Assembly: GCA_040385645.1 (NCBI GenBank)
Contig: JAZKGZ010000016.1
Location: 36,935 to 100,934, forward strand
Length of the DNA stretch: 64,000 nt
Reading direction: 5' to 3'
Source: Pseudomonadota bacterium
GTDB lineage: Bacteria; Pseudomonadota; Gammaproteobacteria; Burkholderiales; Burkholderiaceae_D
The notes under the pieces are model-generated. The model did not search any database, was not told the DNA's origin, and worked only from the letters and a program-made list of their open reading frames with translations. The number at the start of each line of letters is the position of its first letter. Position 1 is the stretch's first letter. A program made the position numbers and the translations under genes. Positions 38,298-44,825 of this stretch are shown piece by piece.

Positions 38298-38495
38298 ATG
38301 AATCTCACAGGCGTTGCAAATCTTGCAACCAGTATGTCCGATACCGGTACCGATCAAGCAGTCGGTATGGCAGTGTTAAAAAAAGCGCTGGATAGTGAAA
38401 CCCAAACGGCTGCCGCCCTGCTGCAGGCGCTGCCGCCCGTTCCCAGCACCCGTTTGCCGCCAAATCTAGGGCAAAACATCAACACGAAGGCTTGA
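38298..38495 (+). CDS. YjfB-like putative motility protein
   Basis: A 65-aa protein: SMSDTGTDQAVGMAVLKKALDSETQTAAALLQAL....NLGQNINTKA. Confidence 0.6.
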   Translation: MNLTGVANLATSMSDTGTDQAVGMAVLKKALDSETQTAAALLQALPPVPSTRLPPNLGQNINTKA

Positions 38496-38650
38496 TCCAC
38501 GGTCATTGGAAAAGTCGCAGATCCACTGTCAACACCGAATTTTAAGAAAGATTTCGGGAAGTAACTAAGTTGTTCGCGGGATGCATATTGATCGCGAACA
38601 ACTACTCCTAACATGGGGTCTCACGAATCCTCCCGGAAGTGAGTTCAACC

Positions 38651-39334
38651 ATGAAACTGTCTCTCCCAAGTTTAACCAACTGCTTTGAAAGCGCGCCCAA
38701 GCCGTTTGATGAAATGAAGCTGAGTAAAGCTGAAGTCAAACAAAAAGTGGCGGAACTGAAAACCAACGGATTTTTCAGTATTCCCATCTCTGAAACGACT
38801 CAAAGATATCTTCACAATACAAACCAAGGCAAAGGCAATTCGGAAAGTCAGTGGGAGGCTAAATCGACTGGGACAGAATTAAAGCTGCCTAAGTCCTATA
38901 ACGAGATTGCCACGCGCATGGCAACGGCAGTGATATCCAAAGTGGCGGATCAGAAAGTTCATCTCGAGACGCAGGAATTTCAAATTCGGCGGCCTGGACT
39001 CACTCCCGCCGACAGATGGCATCAGGATAGAAACCCCAAGGTACTTACCTGCCTAGCTACCCTCGAGGGCCGTGGCACGGAATATGTCACACCAGCGCTA
39101 GCGAGAGCAACATTCAAGCATATCGATGACAAGATCACACCGATCGAAATGCGTAAGGGTCGCATACTGTGCAAGGAAGACATCAAAACCTTCAAAAAAG
39201 ACAATTTTTACTTTATCGCCTCACGCTCAGACGTCACCGAATCAATACCAAAATTAGTGCACAGAGCGCCGGCATATGACCATAAAGAGCTAAGCGAACG
39301 GGCGATATTTTTGTCACGTTGGCGGCCAGTTTAA
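38651..39334 (+). CDS. Hypothetical protein with an HxD...H cupin-like motif, possibly DUF1826-like
   Basis: ADRWHQDRNPKVLTCLATLEGRGTEYV and KLVHRAP...RAIFLSRW. The assignment is tentative and from memory of the family signature. Confidence 0.45.
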   Translation: MKLSLPSLTNCFESAPKPFDEMKLSKAEVKQKVAELKTNGFFSIPISETTQRYLHNTNQGKGNSESQWEAKSTGTELKLPKSYNEIATRMATAVISKVADQKVHLETQEFQIRRPGLTPADRWHQDRNPKVLTCLATLEGRGTEYVTPALARATFKHIDDKITPIEMRKGRILCKEDIKTFKKDNFYFIASRSDVTESIPKLVHRAPAYDHKELSERAIFLSRWRPV

Positions 39335-39354
39335 TTGGATCAAGAAAGCGCAGC

Positions 39355-39480
39355 ATGTCCAGCGAGCATATTCCCAAACTGGTCCATCGGGCACCGTCAT
39401 TTGCACTTGGAGAACAATCTGACCGCTCGATTTTTATCGCTCGGTGGAGCGCGCATCCGCTGAGTGATCCGTTGTTTTGA
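39355..39480 (+). pseudogene. Orphan 41-codon fragment paralogous to the C-terminus of the preceding gene
   Basis: My translation is MSSEHIPKLVHRAPSFALGEQSDRSIFIARWSAHPLSDPLF*. It aligns with ESIPKLVHRAPAYDHKELSERAIFLSRWRPV* at the end of 38651-39334. Confidence 0.45.
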
Positions 39481-39558
39481 GTGGAGTTTGCGGCTTGTCG
39501 TCGTCCAAAGACACTTGCAAGAAAACCCAATCTGTAGCTTATAAGTTACAATACGCCG

Positions 39559-39882
39559 ATGATCGAAATCTTTCGGTACGTACATGAAAATGGGCAAGAG
39601 CCTTTTACAAAATGGCTTTCAAGTCTTCGTGACAATGTTGCGCAAGCCAGAATTCGCGTTCGGATACGCCAAATCGAGTCAGGTAATTTTGGTGATTGTG
39701 AAGTAATAGGAGAAGGGGTATCGGAACTGCGAGTGCATGTCGGCGCAGGATATAGAATTTATTTCGGGCGGCATGGCAAAGCGGTCGTACTTTTGTTGAT
39801 GGGTGGTGACAAACGTACGCAACAGGCTGATATTAAACAAGCAAAGAAATGCTGGGCTGAGTGGAAACGGAGCCAGAAATGA
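39559..39882 (+). CDS. Type II toxin, RelE/ParE superfamily (addiction module killer type)
   Basis: FTKWLSSLRD..ARIRVRIRQIESGNFGD.EVIGEGVSELRVHVGAGYRIYF....VVLLLMGGDKRTQQADI. Confidence 0.85.
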   Translation: MIEIFRYVHENGQEPFTKWLSSLRDNVAQARIRVRIRQIESGNFGDCEVIGEGVSELRVHVGAGYRIYFGRHGKAVVLLLMGGDKRTQQADIKQAKKCWAEWKRSQK

Positions 39883-40208
39883 CGAAACTCAAGAATATGG
39901 TGTCGCACCACGAACAAGAAATTGCCGAATTGCAGGCCGACAAAGATATGGCGGTGGAGTATTTGAAAGCTGCCATGGAATCGTTAGACGACCCAAATAA
40001 CCGAGCCGGTGGTCTATTGGCCTTGCGCACGATTGCTGAAGCTTACGGCGGTTTGGCAGTCGTTGCTGCCGAGGCTGGCATTAGTAGAGAATCGCTGTAT
40101 CGGGCTCTATCAGCAAAGGGAAATCCGACTTTGAAAACGTTACTAGCGGTTTTGAAAACAGTTGGCATGCGCTTATCGGTAGAGGCAGAACTGCCGGTGA
40201 CTGCTTAG
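39879..40208 (+). CDS. Cognate antitoxin (addiction module antidote, HTH)
   Basis: ATGA overlap with the toxin gene. YLKAAME...LLALRTIAEAYGGLAVVAAEAGISRESLYRALSAKGNPTLKTLLAVL. Confidence 0.85.
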   Translation: MTKLKNMVSHHEQEIAELQADKDMAVEYLKAAMESLDDPNNRAGGLLALRTIAEAYGGLAVVAAEAGISRESLYRALSAKGNPTLKTLLAVLKTVGMRLSVEAELPVTA

Positions 40209-40444
40209 AAGTTCAATGTATAACGTCTGGAGGGCAGTTTTAATCCGGGGCGCTTCACAGCAACAACTTTCCTATTCTCAGGAAGCGCCCCGCGAACCCA
40301 TGGGGCTAACGTTTCCCAACCGGCGGAGCCCACCGCCCTCACGGTGGCGGCAACGCATCGATCGTGAGCGAGGTAGTGCTCAAAAGCTGCGCCCTTCCGC
40401 TCCAGCGAGTAGTTGGGTTCCTGGCCTGCATAGCTTGCAGGCAA
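40205..40444 (-). mobile_element. Probable remnant of an IS3-family transposase OrfA (HTH region)
   Basis: The 79-aa ORF contains YSLERKGAAFEHYLAHDRCVAATVRAVGSAGWETLAPWVR. This resembles the YSxEFKxxA...SVAxVARxxG....L..WV pattern. No OrfB or inverted repeats were seen. Confidence 0.35.
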
Positions 40445-40518
40445 GTCGAGCCGTCGTTCATATTCACTGTATCAGCCCTCAAGGGAATCCTTGCTTGGCC
40501 AATTCGCACAGCAAACCG

Positions 40519-40830
40519 TTAAACCGCTTCTAATTCCACATGCACACGTTGCCCCATCATTGTCGCAATGTTTACCAAAGCATCGAGAGAAAATCTTGAT
40601 ATGCGCCCTCTTAACAAATCGTTTATGCGAGGCTGGGTTACGCCGCACCGCTTCGCCGCTTCTGCTTGTGTCCATTCGGTTGTTCTGACAATGGCAATAA
40701 TTTTCCGCATCAATTCAGCACGGGTTTGCATGTTGGCTGCCTGCTCTGGCGTATCAGCAATGGCATCCCATACGTTGTCATAGGTTTCTGTATTGCTCAC
40801 GATTTGGCTTTCGTTATTTGCAATAGTCAA
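40519..40830 (-). CDS. XRE-family HTH antitoxin-like protein
   Basis: VWDAIADTPEQAANMQTRAELMRKI...WTQAEAAKRCGVTQPRINDLLRGRISRFSLDAL. Confidence 0.75.
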   Translation of the reverse strand: MTIANNESQIVSNTETYDNVWDAIADTPEQAANMQTRAELMRKIIAIVRTTEWTQAEAAKRCGVTQPRINDLLRGRISRFSLDALVNIATMMGQRVHVELEAV

Positions 40831-41041
40831 GTTTCAGCGATCTCTAAATCTTGCTTCGATGTCGTTTGCGTTTTTTTGGAAAACGCACTTGCCAATCGAA
40901 CGTAACGGTTTTTTGTTGTTTCCTGGCGAGACCGTAGGCCAATCGTCCCAGGAAAGCCTTATACAAACAGGACAATCACTGCGCGATTTTCTTCGAAGCC
41001 TTGGAAAATTTGTCCGTTGACACTTTTCCGTGGATTGACAT
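40831..41041 (-). pseudogene. Degraded RelE/HigB-superfamily toxin gene upstream of the XRE antitoxin
   Basis: One frame gives MSIHGKVSTDKFSKASKKIAQ*. A shifted frame continues SDCPVC...KCVFQKNANDIEARFRDR*. These match the N-terminal (K.FSK.A.K.GI) and C-terminal (FAKNE.ANI..EL..FR) signatures of the toxin family usually paired with this antitoxin type. The gene is interrupted by a stop and frameshifts and is much shortened. Confidence 0.4.
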
Positions 41042-41042
41042 G

Positions 41043-41978
41043 CTAACTTGCGTATGGACCGCGTCCGATCGTCGCCTCAATTCGAACCTGTAGCGCTTGC
41101 CGAAAGTCGTTTATCTTAGTCTCGTTCCAAGTTGTGAACCGGTACTGACGGTTGTCAAAATGGACTTCTTTTAATTCATCTTCTTTGACAGTCCAGATTA
41201 CCGGTCGTCCAAGGCCAAGGGCAAACCCGGCTTCAAAGTAAACTCCGCCACGGTGGCCTGTGAAATCGGCGATGACAAATCGGGAGCGCCGAATATTCGC
41301 CAAAATTTCATCATCAATTTTATTGTTGTGCTCGACATTGTCGATTCGGATCGGTTTGTACCCCGCACCTCTTATCGCAGGCTCTATCGCATCAACCCAT
41401 AGAAACGTTATTTCGCTCGAAAACCACATCGCGCAAAAACCTGAATCGAGTTCGGTGCCGCCTTTCGATCTTTCGTCCAGATGGTTATGCCCATCGGGAG
41501 TGATCACCACACCAAGGCCGCTATTGGTGCTGTTATCTTCGAGCCATTTCTTGCTCTTGGCTAAATATTCCCGGGCTAGATACCAAATTTCACCGAAGTT
41601 TGCGGACCAAGTCAACGCTTGGACTCGCCGGCCCTCGTCTGAATCTTCCTTTAAATTAAACTGCGCTGCGACTCCTGGTGATGCGTCCACGATGATACGC
41701 AGCAGTCTTTCGGCCCGCTCTCCGACGCTTGGTGGTTTTGCGGTGCGGATGCTGAGTACATCGTCAGATCCTACAAGCATTTCTTGGTTTTCTCGCATCC
41801 ATCCACGAGCGTTCGCTAAATCTCTTCCAAGAACAATTGGGTGGCTTATAAACATCTGCTCAGCAGTCCCGACAATCCTGTATTTCCCGCAAAATGCGCA
41901 ATTTATCTCTGAAAGGTCTCCGGCACTGAAGCCGGTTTTAATGTCATAACGACAGACTGGACAGGTGCTTTTTGCCAT
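41043..41978 (-). CDS. Zn-ribbon protein with a C-terminal nucleoside 2-deoxyribosyltransferase-like (NDT/TIR-like fold) domain
   Basis: N-terminal CPVC-x17-CAFC. The C-terminal domain reads FCAMWFSSE...IEPAIRGAGYKPIRID....IDDEILANIRRSRFVIADFTGHRGGVYFEAGFALGLGRPVIW. This matches the hallmark D-x-T/G...V-x-x-E-x-G-x-A-x-x-x-G-K/R-P-V of the NDT superfamily. Strong GAGGAG SD. Confidence 0.65.
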   Translation of the reverse strand: MAKSTCPVCRYDIKTGFSAGDLSEINCAFCGKYRIVGTAEQMFISHPIVLGRDLANARGWMRENQEMLVGSDDVLSIRTAKPPSVGERAERLLRIIVDASPGVAAQFNLKEDSDEGRRVQALTWSANFGEIWYLAREYLAKSKKWLEDNSTNSGLGVVITPDGHNHLDERSKGGTELDSGFCAMWFSSEITFLWVDAIEPAIRGAGYKPIRIDNVEHNNKIDDEILANIRRSRFVIADFTGHRGGVYFEAGFALGLGRPVIWTVKEDELKEVHFDNRQYRFTTWNETKINDFRQALQVRIEATIGRGPYAS

Positions 41979-42072
41979 ACAACTCCTCGTTGCAGTTAAA
42001 CGTCAAACTGACAGTATATGGAGAATGTTGCCGGCGGCGTTTTCCAGATCATCCGAATGGCCTCGCAGCTCC

Positions 42073-42083
42073 GGGGGGGGGGG
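42073..42083. repeat. Homopolymeric G11 tract (C11 on the minus strand)
   Basis: Read directly: ccGGGGGGGGGGGaaatc. It lies about 95-105 nt upstream of the ATG of the minus-strand gene 41043-41978. Confidence 0.95.
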
Positions 42084-42225
42084 AAATCGTCGAGCGGGCC
42101 GCATGTTGACGATCACCCAGAACTGATCCACTTTGGGCAGTAAATTTCATCCAAATTTGACCCACGTGATTGAATCGCCTGCTTAATGGTTAAGCAGAGC
42201 AAAAAGGAGTGATCACAGTGGGCAT

Positions 42226-42315
42226 ATTAGCCAACATCGGCTACAGAGTGACCGCGCTCGGTCACTTGATTGATTGCTTCTACTTTAAATTCCGGTGAAT
42301 ATCTTGGGGAGCTCA
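42226..42315 (-). mobile_element. N-terminal remnant of an IS3-family transposase OrfA
   Basis: AGGAGG SD followed by MSSPRYSPEFKVEAINQVTERGHSVADVG*. This is the typical IS3/IS911 OrfA N-terminus, truncated after 29 codons. Confidence 0.55.
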
Positions 42316-42483
42316 TCGACTTCCTCCTATGGCTAAATCGTAGGGCAGGATTGTCTACCTGAGTGGGGAAAGTCCACTCATGGCATAGTTGCGGTTTTAC
42401 TGCTTCATTCTTTACTCGCGATCACCTAGCCTCACCGCCTACTGCCGGGCAATGCATATCTAATTTTAAATTTTGGATTAACA

Positions 42484-43350
42484 TTGAAAAAAATACGTTT
42501 CCACTACTTTACAATCACCAAGACCGGGACACCGAAAACGCTTGCAGACGTGTTCGCAACGTTAGCCGCGGCAGATATTGGTACAAAAGTAAAAGAATGC
42601 AATTACTCTAAAATTGCACTGGATCACATTGAGCAGATCGGCCCGTTGCCTAGTCCGATATGGGTGATGCGGTTTTCGCGATTGCGGGAAGATAACTGGC
42701 CTGGCGTAACGACGTTAAATGATGTTTCAAAGGATCTTGACCTTGATCAAGATTCCTTCTTGTCCGAAGATACTTATGTTCTTTTCGACACGGAGCAAAA
42801 TAAAGTTGTTGTTCAATATAACCACATCGGTGTTCGGCCAGGAAAAATACAGGAGTACCTCTCTCAATGGGTTGACTTCTCTTCAGGCGGTTATCGTTTG
42901 TTGCCAGTGTTCACAAATGACACTATGGCTAAGTATAAAGCGAAGCAAATCGTAACTTCGGTCGAAGTTGCAATCGACGGAATAACTCCAGAGGACCTTA
43001 CGTATTTCAACGGCGGTGGGCTCATGGCGGCTGTGAGTGGTGCCGTCAATTCAGATGCAGTGAAGATGAAAGTAGTATTTTCGGTTGACGCACGTATTAA
43101 AACCACCCGTTTAAAGCGAAGTTTCGTAACTGATTTGGTGGAAAAAGTAATGGGCCGCGGCGGTGAAGATGACAAAATAATCGTCCACGCTAAAGAAGAA
43201 GAGTCTGATGCTGTCGAGTTGTTAAACTTACTGGAGTCCAGAAAGTGCGTTGAATATGATGGCGATAGTGTCCCTCGCACTTCTGGTCGCCGTCTTGATC
43301 CAGACACAATGTTTCAGATGCTTAGGCAGGCATACAGGGAATGGGTTTGA
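42484..43350 (+). CDS. Hypothetical soluble protein (288 aa), family unknown
   Basis: A long ORF in AT-rich DNA with a TTG start. No catalytic or binding motif recognised. Its stop overlaps the next gene's start. Confidence 0.6.
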   Translation: MKKIRFHYFTITKTGTPKTLADVFATLAAADIGTKVKECNYSKIALDHIEQIGPLPSPIWVMRFSRLREDNWPGVTTLNDVSKDLDLDQDSFLSEDTYVLFDTEQNKVVVQYNHIGVRPGKIQEYLSQWVDFSSGGYRLLPVFTNDTMAKYKAKQIVTSVEVAIDGITPEDLTYFNGGGLMAAVSGAVNSDAVKMKVVFSVDARIKTTRLKRSFVTDLVEKVMGRGGEDDKIIVHAKEEESDAVELLNLLESRKCVEYDGDSVPRTSGRRLDPDTMFQMLRQAYREWV

Positions 43351-43811
43351 TTGCATTAAATAGATTTTGGGAACGAAGGTATCCAACGCTTATTAGCGTT
43401 GCCGTGGCAGCCATTGCCTGGTATTTCGGACTTAGGTTTGATGTTTCTCGAATATCAAATCAGCTGTCGTCAACGATCAACATTTCAGCTATTTTGATGG
43501 GGTTCACTGGCACTGCAAATGCGATGCTTTTATCATTTAATTCGAAAAAATTTCTGGCAATACGTGCAAATAAGAATCTTTGGTACCTCCTTTTGACATA
43601 CTTTCGGTCGTCGCTATGGGCCGCAATGTTTGTTTGTTTCTACTCTCTTTTGCTGTTTTCGATCGATATTACAAAAATTCCCCTGAGTATTAATTATGGC
43701 GCGCAGGTAGAGCCATTTCTGATGCCTGTTTGGATAGGCAGCGTCGTCTTTGCCCTTTTGAGTTTCTTCCGACTTTTACGCGCGGTATTCGGGATATTGA
43801 AGGCCGAATAG
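43341..43811 (+). CDS. Small four-TM membrane protein (156 aa), family unknown
   Basis: Four hydrophobic helices: TLISVAVAAIAWYFGL, INISAILMGFTGTANAMLLSF, LWAAMFVCFYSLLLFSI and FLMPVWIGSVVFALLSFF. 10-nt overlap (ATGGGTTTGA) with the upstream ORF. Confidence 0.6.
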   Translation: MGLIALNRFWERRYPTLISVAVAAIAWYFGLRFDVSRISNQLSSTINISAILMGFTGTANAMLLSFNSKKFLAIRANKNLWYLLLTYFRSSLWAAMFVCFYSLLLFSIDITKIPLSINYGAQVEPFLMPVWIGSVVFALLSFFRLLRAVFGILKAE

Positions 43812-44172
43812 ATTCCAACCAATTTTCTAAATTTTTACGAATGCGACCAATCTTTTGGGGCATTTTTCAGTTTTTAGGAAATATTTTTTGCAGTAGGGTG
43901 GTTCTACAGCTTGTATCACGTCCACCTCGAACAGCAAGCCTGGCGGCACTTCAATTAATGAGACCCTAAATATCAGGATTGAAAGCCTCGCCGACCGTCA
44001 AAAAGTGGCTGCTGATGTGGAGCGGCCAGTCAAGCCAGGTAATGCTGTGTTAGTCGATGAGCTACAGACACAGGGCAAAATATATGCTATCAGCATCTAA
44101 ACCGGATTTTAAATGGCACAGGCTACCAGTGCCGGCGCATCTTATAACCGTTTTAGGATGTGCCGCGAACCG

Positions 44173-44196
44173 TATCTTGTGATCGATCACAAGATA
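44173..44196. repeat. 24-bp perfect palindrome
   Basis: TATCTTGTGATC|GATCACAAGATA, read directly. It lies 14 nt beyond the stop of the minus-strand 93-aa gene. Confidence 0.9.
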
Positions 44197-44209
44197 AAGG
44201 CCAATTCAT

Positions 44210-44491
44210 TCAAACGTAAACTGTTTTGATATTATTTTTAATCATCTCGCCAATGCTCGCCACGCAGTTACCGTTACGCGCTCTGTTAGCGTAGAGCCGC
44301 AGGTAATATTTTATGCCGACCCCATTGCTAGGCGTCGTCGCAATAGATTTCATTCCCTCAGCCGAGATTTGATAGTCGCCGCAATCCGGTTTTGAGCATC
44401 TAAACAGCTGGTTGCTATGGGATATAAATTCTTGAAACGTTTTAGATTTGCTACACAGAAAGCAATTTTCTGTATTACCTGTGTTAGTCAT
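44210..44491 (-). CDS. Small Zn-ribbon protein (93 aa)
   Basis: GGAGTG SD. CFLC-x18-CSKPDCGDYQISAEGM resembles the N-terminal Zn-ribbon of 41043-41978 (CPVC-x17-CAFCGKYRIVGTAEQM). Confidence 0.55.
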   Translation of the reverse strand: MTNTGNTENCFLCSKSKTFQEFISHSNQLFRCSKPDCGDYQISAEGMKSIATTPSNGVGIKYYLRLYANRARNGNCVASIGEMIKNNIKTVYV

Positions 44492-44622
44492 TTTTCACTC
44501 CAATGAAGATGAAGTTATAAATGCTATTCCAGAAAAGCATAGCCGTGTGTCACTGTTTTGAAGGTGTCTCAGATTTGTGGAAATTGGCCAGCTAATAGCT
44601 ATGATTTTAAAATCGTTGGCAG

Positions 44623-44647
44623 AAAAAAACGCGCCCAAAGGCGCGCA
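44623..44647 (-). terminator. Rho-independent terminator after tRNA-Ser
   Basis: The minus strand reads GCGCGCC-TTTG-GGCGCGT followed by T7. Confidence 0.7.
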
Positions 44648-44660
44648 TTTACTTATTTCC

Positions 44661-44751
44661 TGGCGGAGAGACGGGGATTCGAACCCCGGATAGGCTATGA
44701 ACCTATACACGCTTTCCAGGCGTGCGACTTCAACCACTCATCCATCTCTCC
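44661..44751 (-). tRNA. tRNA-Ser (anticodon GGA)
   Basis: The 91-nt minus-strand sequence is GGAGAGATGGATGAGTGGTTGAAGTCGCACGCCTGGAAAGCGTGTATAGGTTCATAGCCTATCCGGGGTTCGAATCCCCGTCTCTCCGCCA. It folds with a 7-bp acceptor stem, anticodon stem CACGC/GCGTG, loop CTGGAAA, a long variable arm, a GGTTCGAATCC T-loop and an encoded CCA. Confidence 0.95.
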
Positions 44752-44825
44752 TGATTTCGCTTGCGCGCCAGTCGGCGTTTTGCGAAGCCGTGGAGTATAG
44801 CAAAACTTTGGCTGTTGCCGACGGT

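Noticed and set aside
42211-42295. 26-codon plus-strand ORF with an AAGGAG SD and GTG start in the divergent intergenic region
   Set aside because: It lies exactly antisense to the IS3 OrfA remnant. It is too short and has no recognisable features.
42484-43811. Possibility that the 288-aa/4-TM pair is a Kiwa (KwaA/KwaB) system
   Set aside because: The gene order is the reverse of Kiwa as I recall it (membrane protein first). I do not recognise a DUF4868-type signature in the 288-aa protein. The question can only be settled with HMM searches, so I left it as a comparison.
43930-44098. Start-less open frame (..TLNIRIESLADRQKVAADVERPVKPGNAVLVDELQTQGKIYAISI*) in the 400-bp gap after the 4-TM gene
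   Set aside because: It looks like a relic of a coding sequence, with higher GC than its surroundings. It has no start codon and no motif I can assign, so I cannot support a call.
38500-44660. Integrase and att direct repeat expected for a tRNA-borne island
   Set aside because: I looked for a tyrosine recombinase ORF and for a second copy of the tRNA-Ser 3' segment (GGGGATTCGAACCCC and neighbours) and saw neither by eye. Short or degenerate repeats cannot be excluded without a computed search.
44495-44737. 80-aa minus-strand ORF next to the island
   Set aside because: It overlaps tRNA-Ser and its terminator, and its sequence is the tRNA read as protein.
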